A stretch of DNA of 59,532 nucleotides from a virus (taxonomy: Duplodnaviria; Caudoviricetes), in the IMG/VR virus record IMGVR_UViG_3300030098_005108, positions 1 to 59,532 of that record. One strand, 5' to 3'. Below are positions 18,582-30,500 of this stretch, piece after piece. Made by a program: the position numbers and the translations under genes. The first letter of the stretch is position 1. Each line of letters opens with the position of its first letter. The notes under the pieces were generated by a model. It saw only the letters and a program-made list of their open reading frames with translations. It did not search any database and was not told the DNA's origin.

Positions 18582-21500
18582 TGGCAGATAATGATTACAC
18601 TTCAGGTCTTAATGATATATTAGGAAATTTATCTAAACCTACACCAATACCACAATCACCAGAACAAGATATTAAAAATCTTTATGAAGGAGAAATGCAA
18701 AGCACCCCATCAGGATTAGGTGGTTTAATAGAAAATTCAATACAATCAAATACTATAAATGATATTGCTTTTGATCAATACGCTCAAGGCGTGGCTGCAG
18801 GTCAAATGGGAGATGCAATGTATGCTGGTTTAGATGCAGAAAGATATGGTCCTGCGCCTCAACAACAAATAACAGATCCTAATGCAATGATAGGCTCTAC
18901 TGGACAAAGAGTTGCTAGAGGATTAAAAGCTGGTTGGGGTGATTTAGTTTCAGGAACAGGAGACACTATAGATTGGATTTCTGCCGCTATAAAACCAGGA
19001 GAAGGAGATTTAACAACAAGTGTTGGCTCTTATTTAAAAAAGGTGGGCACGGAGTATCAAAACGAAAATGCCTTAATATTAGCTGAAGACTTACAAGAGA
19101 TAGAGTGGCACGATATGTTTGATGGAGAATTTTGGTCTTCTAAAATGTCAAGACTTGTTCCTTATGCTTTATCTTTTATTTTACCTTCTGGAGTTGGGGC
19201 GGTCGGAGCAACAAGAATGTTAGGTCGCTTTGGCCCTACAATGCTTAAGTCTATGAAAGAAAGCGGTAAATTTGGTAGAATGAGTAGAGGGGGTGGAAAA
19301 GGAATAGGAGGAGTTGACATATCAAAAGCTGGAAGGGCAGGATTTAAAGGGCAGGCAGGAAGTGGAGTTCTAGGTCAAATAGGAATAGATCTAGGAAAAC
19401 AAGGTTATAAGCCGACTAAACTTCTTAGAAATACTACTGCATTTATAGGCGCTGGTACAGCAGGAAACCTTGCTGAAGGAGCTTATTTGTCAGGAGAGGC
19501 GTATCAAGAAATGATAAATGAAGTTGATGAAAATGGACAGCCAATGTTTACTCCTCAAGAAGCCGCTCATCACGCTGCTGGAGTTATGGTTGATAATGCC
19601 GCATGGATAGGTGTTGATGCAATGCAATATGCCCTTTTATTTGGGGGACTAGGAAGAGGTGTAATGGGCAGGCTTTTAAAAAGTACCGTAACTAAAAAAC
19701 CATTTGGGGAAAATATGAAAGCTCTTACAGGAATGCTTGCAAGAAGAGCTGCTGACACTCCAGTTGCAGCAACATATCTAAGTGCTGAAGCTCTTACAGA
19801 GGGATTTCAAGAGGTTTTTCAAGAATGGGCTAAATATGCAGAAATACAAGAGGCTAAAGGTGAGGACTGGGACTCATGGACAACATGGATGAAAGAAGCC
19901 CCTCTTGGAGAAAATGCCATGTTAAGAGATGTATTTTGGTCTTCTTTTGGTTTGGGGGCGGTAATGGGTGGAGCAAGAGGGTATTATGACGCCTATGCGG
20001 AAAGAAAAAAGAAACTGGATGATAAGATAGATGGATGGAACAATATAATTGAATTAGCCAAAGAAGGAGAGCGTAATCCGAGAATATATCAAAAAAAATA
20101 TGGAGAAGCTATAGACAATTCATTGGCTGATACTGTTTGGGACTATTATGGAGACGGCTCTGTTGCTATGGCGATGATAGATAATTATGTGAAAGACAAG
20201 CTAATGACAGAAGAATTAGCAGAAGAAAGAAAATCTCTCATAGAAAATATGGAGAAAATGTATGAAAAACATACAATAAATAGCGGATTAACAGAGGCTG
20301 GAGCAAAGCAGGCGTTTCGTGTAGAGGTGGTTTTGTCTGATTTAAATAGACAGGAAAGTGCATTAAAAGAAAGATATCAGGGATGGATAAAACAGCAAAA
20401 AGAAATATTTAAAAATGATAAAGACAAATTAAATAAAATATTAGAACAGGGAGAAATAGAGTTTAAGGGAGAATATAGAGCTCCAGTAGAAGACGAAGTG
20501 TCTTTAGAAACTATAAGATTCCAAAAAGATCAATTTAACCAAAGATTAGAAGATATATATGCAAGAAGATTAGATCAGGCTCCTGTGGCTAAATCTACTG
20601 GAAAAAGAGATGCTAGATTTAAAAAGGAGGGGTTAGATCAAGAGAAATATGAAAAATGGACACAGGAGGGAGAAAAACAAAAACAAGAAAGAGAAAAAGC
20701 AGAAGCAGAAGCTAAAGCTAAAGAAAAGACTGGTATATTTGAAACAGTTAAAGATTTAGGAGGTAAAGCCGTAGAAGGTGTTAAAAGTTTATTTGGTAAA
20801 GCAAAAGAAAGTCAAGCGTGGAAAGATGTAGCCGAAGCGACAAAAGGTATAGCAACAAAATCTTGGGCAGCCATGGGGGAGGCTTTAAAAAAGGGTGCAG
20901 AAAAAAGAACTGAATCTATGGCCAGAAGAATGGTTATAGAAGAAGGAAAAAAAAGAGTCAACAGAACAAATTATTCAAAAGCAATTGAAGAGATAAAAAA
21001 TGGCAAAATAAATTCTGCCAAGCAAATATTAAAGCAAGGTGTAATTGTAGACAAAAATGATATAGAAAACATTAAAGATCTTTATAATGTAGATGATGCT
21101 GGGGCAAACGCTATAATAAATAAAATATTAGATAATGATATAAAAAATATAGAGGCAAAACTAAAGGAAAACCCAAACTTAACAGGAGAAGAGCTTAAAG
21201 AATTAATTATAAAAGAGATGACTTCTGAAAAAGGAAAAGAAGCCATTAGTTCTATTCTTAATAAAGTAAAAGAAAGGTTTAAAAAGAAAGATACAAAAAA
21301 GACAGAAGAAGAAACAATTGATGTAGAATATGAAGATGTCACCGAAAAAACATTAACTGAAAAAGAATATTTAGAAAAATTAAAAAAAGATAGAAAAAAA
21401 GATGGCAGTATAGTTACAATTTTAGATGAGAATAGCTTTAAAACTGAAATTTTTAAAAAAGGTAAGCTTATAAAAAAAGAGAATATTGATGACATAAAAG

Positions 21501-24500
21501 TTGGTGATGCTATAATGAATAAACAAGGCACTTCTTTTGTGGTAATTGAAATCAAAGAAGATCCCACGGTTATGGGAGGTAAAATATTTAAGTCTCGCCA
21601 AGCCCTAATGACTCAAGAGCTGAAGATGAAACAGGGAATTTATCTTGCAGAAAGGGTGTCTGAAAAAATAACAAGTAAAAAGTCTCAAGCAGACGTAAAA
21701 AAAAAAGACCAACCAAGGGTAGTTCCTAAAACAGAGCAATATCAAAAAACAGAAGCAAGTTTAGAAAAAGGTGCTCGTCAGATAAAAAAAGCTGATATAC
21801 AAAAAGGCACAGGTCCTAATTACTTTATAAAAACTCCAGAAGGAGAAACTATTCAATATAGAGATTTTGACAATATTTCTGATAAATATGTGTTAGATGA
21901 AGGCGCTAATGTTGAATTGCGTTTAAGAAAACCAATTAAAGGTCAAGAAGGCGTTGTTGAAGTAGATGGCAAATTATATTTTCAATTTGATAATCTTTTA
22001 TATGAAACTGAAATAGAAGTTGTTATAAACGGTGAAGTTGTGGGTAAGGTGGCTCAACGAGATTATAAAGCCAAAGAGCCTACAAAAAAAGCCAAGAAAA
22101 AAGATACACGTAAGATAGATCAGCTAATAGGTGCTGTAAAAGAATCTAAAGAAAAAATTAAAAAGTATTTTACTAGAGCTCAAAAAGATATTCCTGATTA
22201 TAATCCAGAATCTTTAACTATAGATCCTTTGTATCGTCATGGTACTGGTATAGAGGCGAGAACAATAGTTGAGGATATAGTGCAAAAAAGATTTCCTGGA
22301 TCAAAAGGTTTTGTGGCGTATACAGCACTAACAGATGATTTTGGTCAAGAGGCATCTTCTTTGGCTATTGGCTCTACTATATTTATAAATGAAAACTCAG
22401 TAAAGCAATCAGATATAATTCACGAAGCTGGGCATATCTATTATAATTTAATGGGAGACACGCCATTAATGAAAAAAATTAAAAAGCTTTTACCTAAATC
22501 AGAGTTATATCAAAAAACTAAAAAAGACTATCCAGAACTTACTTTAATGAAGTTTAAAGATCTTAATATGACATTAGGTCTTATCTATAGAGAGATATTT
22601 AAAAATACAAACAAAGAATATGATTCTTTTCCAGATTTAGTTGATATTGCAAATAATATTGCTGCTGCTGAAAAAGCAGGAGATAGCGCTAGAGTTAATG
22701 ATTTATTTGTATCTCTTAGAACTCAGTTAAAAATTAATGGAGGTAAAGATGTAAGGGTGGATAGACAAAAACACTTGCTTGAAGAAACATTCACAAGAAC
22801 ATTAGAGTCATTCTCATACGGCACTGTAGATGCTGTTGTAAAGGGTTCTGCTGCTCAAAAGCAACTAGAAAAAGATTTAATACAATTCTATAAAGAAACT
22901 AAAAAATTAGCCACAGAAGAAGAGGCTAGAAAACTACTAGATCTTAGTGTAGACAATATAGCTTCGTTAGATTTAGAAGCCGCAATGAAGCATATACTAT
23001 TAGATTTTAATTCTGCCGATAGAACTGTGCCGTATATAATGAATTCTGCATACGGTCCCATTAATAAAGCTAATAAAAAAATATTAAGAAATACTGCTTC
23101 TTATTCAGCGGTATCTTTTTATATATCAGAAAATATACAGCTTGAAGATAACGAGCAAATTGTTAAAAATGTAATGCAGTTAATAGCTGACGACTCTGCA
23201 TTAACATTAGACAATAAAGATGTAAAAGATTTAGAACAATATATACATTCTATAATTATACAATTAAAAGATAATAAGAATCTTAAAGAGGCAGATAGGA
23301 TATTAGACGAGAGATTATCTGGAATTGGATTAGGAGGAAAACACAAAGAAGGAGAAAATGTAAAAGAAGCTTCTGAAGAGACTGATAGAGATAAAGAAAA
23401 GCTAAGAGTACTTCCTACAACTACAACTAATTTTATCAAAAAGATAGTAGAGTATTACAATAGAGATAAGGATGAAAAAAGCATGATAAGCAGCAAAAAG
23501 ATATTGTCTGCTATAATGTCTTTAGCAAAAGAAACAAAAAACAATCCTTATTCTTTTATTATTGAGATGAGAAAATCTTTGAATCCTAATATACAGAATA
23601 TGGTCATGACTATGGATCAAATTTATTCTCAGGTGGAAGGATTAACTAATCCCAAAAGATATACTAACGCTAAACTTGTAGAGTTGAAGGGGCCTATAGA
23701 AGGAATTAATATAGAGGTATTAGCTCATAATGTATTAAGCATAGGCGATAATGGGCAGAGAGCTTGGTATAGAAATTTGTCTACTAACATGACTATAGAA
23801 AAAAAGGTGTTAGATAGTATACTTAAAGGCCTAGAGGATAACACTCAAAAAGAAAAAGATATTGCAGAGGTATATAATAATTTATTTGACGATACAAACT
23901 ATCTGCAATCAATTAAAGATAAAAAGAAAGTATATAGAAGAAATGATATTATTGCAAGAAACAATTCTGCTGAAAAAATATTAAATATATTATTTGATTT
24001 AGAAAACGGAGAGTTTATAAATAAAGATGTTTTATTGAACAATCAGATAATGTTCAACGGAAAAAAGCAATTTATTCATAATATATTATTTGATCATACT
24101 ATACAAAAACAATTTACAACCGACAAAGGAAAGACTATAAAATTAAAAAAACCCAATATAATATTAAAGAATAAAGATATTTTTACAGTTTTTGATACAA
24201 GAAACGATCAGAAAAAATTCACCCATAAAGGGGTAAATGATTATCAAGCAAAAGGAGTTTTTCGTGATAAGCAAATAGAAATAAGGAATATAGTGACTCA
24301 AGGCCTAGTTATGTCTAGAGCAGAGAACTATATAACTATGATAGACAATGTAGAGCAAGATGGTGTTAGCGTTTTAAATAAAGATAATGGATTTTGGAGT
24401 AGAACAAAAAATGTTTTTGAAGTTGCTAATAGCGGTGTAAAGTTTGGTGAAAAAGATTTAATAAATCCAGAACATAATATTTTTGTAGCAATGGCTCAAC

Positions 24501-27500
24501 TGCAAGGGAAAGAAGAGGGTAAGAATTATTTAAATCCTTTTAATATTACTGTTCATTCTGGAATGATGAGATACTTTGAAAAAGACACTCATGGATTAAA
24601 AAATAAAGAAGGCCTCGCTAGAAAAGCAAATGATGTAAATCCTAACGAATTAACGGTGGGAGACTTCTTTATGTTTTTATCAAGATACAATGAAGGCAAA
24701 AGAAATAATGAAAAAACAATTTACTACGATCAGCCTATTGCTGTATTTGCCGATAAAAGCAGAAGGTATTATATACAAAGTATAATAGCTCATGATGCTA
24801 AAAGCAGAAAAGCTTTATTATCTAGAATAGCAAAAAATCCTGCTTATAAAAATAAAGATAAAAATAAATATAAGCTTGGCGATGAAGTGTTCCCTTATAA
24901 AATTAAGAATAATAGACTAGTAGGAGAAGACATGAATACTCTAATAAAAAATTGGAGAGATTATATGCAAAAAAATAGAGAATTATTTTTAAATAATAAA
25001 GATCTTAAAAAAGTTTTAGACTCTAAAAGGCAACCCACTAATGAGGTATTAGAAGCCTTTCTAACTTCTTATATAGCTAACAAGTTTATGGCTCAACAAT
25101 TATTTGTACATGATCATAGACAGTCTGATAATGAAATAGATTATATCAAGCGTGCTGCTGGTGCAATTGCTGGGCATACAAATTTTGACAGAAATACTTC
25201 TGTAGAATTTTTTGTAACTAATGATTATTATGTAGCAAAAGATGATAAAACTATTTTTACAGAAGAAGGGGCAAAGGTAGAATTTGGAGAAAATTGGAAG
25301 AAAGAGGTTGCTGTTGAAAATGATGCAATGGGATATGTACTTCCAAAACAAGCTGAATTAATAAGAGCTAAATATGGTGACTCTCAAAAAGTAGGAAGTG
25401 TATTTAAATTTGTATATCATTATACTGAGTTAGACGGCCCATTAAAAGACAGAACTACTTATATGAAGTTTGCTGTACACACTTTAACTAAAGAGATGGA
25501 GGATTCAAGCCCTTATTTAAAAAATCTTGGAGAGGCGTTAAGAGAAAGAACTAAAAATGTTAGAAAAGCATCAAAAGAAAATGGGAAGGGTGTTGGTAAT
25601 TTAATAATAGGAGCCTCTAAATCAGCAGCCAAATTATATGCAGGAGAACAAAGATTTATTCATGATATAACTTCTATAGATAATATGGAGGAAATGTTTG
25701 ATAAGCAAGACGAAATATATAAAGACGCTGAAGGATATAGAGGATTGTCTGGAGAAGGATTTGGTATACAGTTGGAACTTGACAAACAAACAGACGAAAG
25801 ATTCTTCCCTTCACAGTTATTTTATAATTTATTAAATAATATAACCGAAGAAAATAGAGAGAGCGTAGCAAGAATGCTTCAACTTAGAGAAAAAGTAATG
25901 AAGGCTAATAACGAAAAAAGAAATTCTTCCATTATAGAGGTAGGTGAAAATAAAAATATCTTTAAGGAAAGAGATTCTTTTAAGTCATCTGTTACAGCAG
26001 ATATATATGATATATTAGTAGAAAGCTCCTATGATAATTTACATCCTATGTATCCCTATTTAAATGCCCCACATAACGCTGTTGCTACAGGACGTATCAC
26101 TCATAAAGGAACTAAGATGTATACTAAAGGATCTATAGGTTATCAGTCCTCTAGTATAGGAATGGGGCTAAGATCATACCAAAAAGGATTATATAAAGGT
26201 CAAGCAAATGAATATATAAAAAATGAAGATATAGTAGTGTCTGAAGCTATAGTTCCTGGATACCTAAAAGATGACGGTGTTAAGGTGGGAGATCTGTTTA
26301 TCGGAACAAGAGTCCCTGCTCATGGTAAAGTAAGTAGTTCTGTTTTTATAGTAAAAGGTTTTCACAAACAAGTTGAAGGATCTCCTAATTCTAATGTAAC
26401 TATACCAGCATGGGTGAGTAAATTTTGGGGAGCTGATTTAGATGGAGATTCTATACATATGAATTTTAGATGGACTAATGAGGAGGTAGCCAAGCGAGAA
26501 TGGAAAAAAGATTCAAATGAATTTTTTGATAGATATGTGGCCTTAGTTAGTCAAAAAGAAAAAGAAAAAGAAATAAAAGCTGATATTGATTTTGTTGGTC
26601 CTGCTAAGAACGCTATTGAATTAAGAGATAAAATTTATGGGGTTCCAAAAACATCTAAAGAGTCTCAATTAACCCCAGAGGGTGACGGTAAAATGTTTGA
26701 AGATAACGTTCCAGCTAAACATTTAGTAGGTAGAATAGCCGCTCTAATGAGAACTTTTAATGTATTCTCTAATAGTCAAGATAGATTACCTGTAAAAATA
26801 TCTATTAAAAATAAAGAAGGGGTGGTAGAGCACGATAAGTTTTTTGATAATCCTTCTTTAGAAAACAATATAGGTAATTGGTATGGTGTAGCGCAATTAC
26901 TTAATATAGCATTAGATAATGCAAAATATCAATATGCTAGTCAATTAGGGATGAATCAAGAAAGTATATTCTCTTATGTTCTTTTAAGAAGATTAGGCTA
27001 TTCTTTAAATGATTTAACCCTTATGTTTAATGCGCCTTTCGTTAAAAAATATTTAGAATATAAAAGAGCTAAAAGCAAAAACTATATATCTAAAGATAGC
27101 GACATAATGGAAATGTTTGCAGATAAGAATAGCGAATTCAAAAAGAATGATTTTGCTGATTTTATGGAGGAGAATCAAATGATACCAGATATTAAATCTA
27201 TAATTAAAAATGAAAGAGTAGACATAGATATAAATAATATTACAAATAAAGACCAACAACAGAAAATTATAGAATTAATATATATATTGGATAATTATGA
27301 TAGTGTTTTAGTTAGTCCGTTTTCAAAAGCCTTTACTGTTCACCAAACTATTGAAAAAAATCCTTTAGAACTTAATAAAATACATAGCGCTATAGAAACG
27401 ATAATTAATAATACTATAAACGGACAGAGAAATACAATTTTAGGATGGGGAGGTGAGTATTTAAATTATGAATTAGAAAACAATACAATAAATAATCCAA

Positions 27501-30500
27501 TAGTAACACATGGGGTTGGGCTATTTAAAACTATGTTGGATAGGGCGGAACAAACCGATATAAGATATAGCCCTTATATTAGAAGAATATTAGAGGGTAA
27601 ATCTAAAGAAGTATTGAATAATTTAGGAGAATCTAAATCAGAAGTTATTAATCAGGTAATTGCAAATAATATAAGAAAGCAGTCTGGCTTAATAAATCGT
27701 GTTGTAAAAAAACCGATGTTAATTAAAGAGTTTAAAGAATTAAAAGAAAATACAAGAGAGAATTATTTTCTAGATAGTATAATACAGATTTCTGAAGACG
27801 AAAAAAATATTGTAATTAATAGGCAAACAATAACAGACTTTACTTCTTATAAAACTATTCAGCAAGCAAAAGATGCCTTTGCTGATCTATCTGAAACGTC
27901 ACAAGATTTAATTTTTGAGATAGAGTATCTTTTTAATTTATTTGGATATAAAGGAGGTGCTGGACAAGCCTCATCATTCGTTCCTTTCTTTGATGATAAA
28001 TATGTTGAAAGAATTAATGATGGCATGAACAAGGTTATTGAGCATAATAAAACAGCTTTTGCTGAACTTAATAATGAGGGTGTTTCACAAGAACTGCTTG
28101 ATGCTATTGAAGATGTACAAAAAAGAAAAGCAGGTCTTGACAGTTTAAGCGCTAAGAAAGAAAGAGATATAGCGTCTAAAGACAATAACAATATATATCC
28201 AAATCCTATAAAAAAACCTAAAAAGGTTATTACGGCTGACACATCTTACAATAATGATCATTTAGGAGGTGGAGTAGAATTTATGTCTTTTCCAAAGTGG
28301 GCTGCTGATAAAGGTATTGATATATCTAAAATAGAAGAAGACTCTAATACATTTAGAATACTTACGCAAAATTATAGTAAATATAAAGACCATTTAAGAT
28401 TAGTTAGAGAATTTGAAGCCACGCTAGAGAAAAAACCCTTAAGTAAATATACTATGGAGGGATTATATGATGAAGCGAGGAAGTTTAGAAAAATGGATAA
28501 TTCTGCCACTAAAGGCATAGCTTATACAATAGAAAAAGAAATAGGACAAAGAGCATTTCAAGAACAAGCTAAATATTTAAGAGACGTAGGGGCTAGTAAA
28601 GGATATGAATATAATATTCCTGGAGTAGACGGTGTAGCTCAAGATGATTTAACTAATTTTCAAGCATGGTTAGGCTCTAATAATATGACGTCTAAAAGGC
28701 CTGAGATACAGTATTTAATTAATGAAGCTCAAAAAGAATACAGAAAATATATGCGAAGCTTTAAAGAGCATAAAAATTTAATAGAAGAAAAAAATAATGC
28801 TTTAAAGAGATCAAAATTAAAAGGCCTTAGTATATTAGAAAGAGTAAGAAAAGGATTTGATTCTAATGCTCGTTATCAATATATATATGGCAATATAGCT
28901 ACTGTAGAAAATGGTAATGTTAGGTTATTTACTCCAGAAGAAATAGTAGAAAATGGAGTGGAATTAACGAGGCAAGAAGAAGAATACTATGCCACATATA
29001 AAGCTGTTGCTGAGATATTATTAGGATCAGAAGGCGGTGAGACTATAGTTCCTGGAATGCAAATGGGTACTTCTGAGAGTATGGCAAGAAGCGGCTTATT
29101 TGGTCTTTACAGCTCATCTATTGATTCTTATGACTATAATAGGGTTAAGGTTTATGGAATAGATGCAAATGGCGACAGAGCCTTAAAAACGTTTTATGAA
29201 TGGAAGTATGATGTTTATAAAGGAAGAACAGGAAAGCTTAAATTAAAATCTGGTAGAGAAATATTTGAATTAGACAAACTTAGAAGAAAAGCTAAAGAAC
29301 TTAAGGCTAAAGGTAAGCATGAAGATAATAGTAGGATTATACTGTCTGATGTAGAATATGATGCATTAGTAAATAATGGAGCAATGCTTAAGAGAATGAT
29401 TGGTTATGATAAAGTAAGCGATATTGATGCTGAGTTAATACAAGAATACGAAAGAAGAAAAGGGGTTAGAGCCCAAAACATTTCTTATGATATTAATACT
29501 ACATTATTAGAATTTACTAGAAGCCATATATTCCAACACGGTGAAGGCTTATATAAGCTGGAAGATGGACGGCCTGTAGAAAGAGAAGATCGTTTTACTG
29601 GTATGGGTAAAGTCGCAATACTTACAGATTCTATTATAGGATTTAATAAAAACTTAGATAATAAAAATGCTGTTAGATATTTAACAGGATGGTGGAAAGA
29701 AGGATTTTTAGAGAAGAAACAGCAAGTTGGTATATTTGGTAAGACAGGAGACAAGGTTATTGATACCTTTGTTAGACTAACATCTTTACGATTGCTTGGA
29801 TTTAATATGAGCATTGGTATTGGTAATACGCTTGCTGGTAAATATCAAGAATTACGTAAGCGTGGAGGAAAACAATTTATAAAAGGAGAAGCCAGGTACT
29901 GGAAAAATCTTTTTAGCTCAAGAGATATATTAAAAAAATATAGAATTATTGAATATAGTTTTGATGAATTTATGCACCTTTCTGAAAGAAAAGGAACTTG
30001 GGGCAAAATAGAAAGATGGTCTTATATGTTTATGGATGGCACAGAAAGCTATATTCAAGGTGCTGCTTTCTTGGGAGAATTAACAGATGAAGAATTTAGA
30101 ACAGGCGAGATATCAGAAGAAAGAGTAATGCATATTAATCATAAAATATCTACATTACACGGAGAAGGATATACTGCTTTAGACGCTAGTTTACTTTCTA
30201 TGTATTCTTATGGTAGAGCTTTATTACAGTTTAAGAAATGGTTTATTACTTTAATAGGAGATAGATTTAAAGCTGAAGACATAGATAGATTTGGAGATGT
30301 TAATATAGGTAGTTATAGAGCAAGCTCTGAATTTATAACAGATTTATTTAGAAAATATTTTGCTGGAGGAATAACTAAAAAAGAAATAATAGATATATAT
30401 AATAATTCTAGCGAAAAGAGAAAAAGAGAAATGCGTAATCATGTTGCTGGAATAGGTATAGGGGTTACGTTATTATCTTTAATTGCTATAATGGAAGATG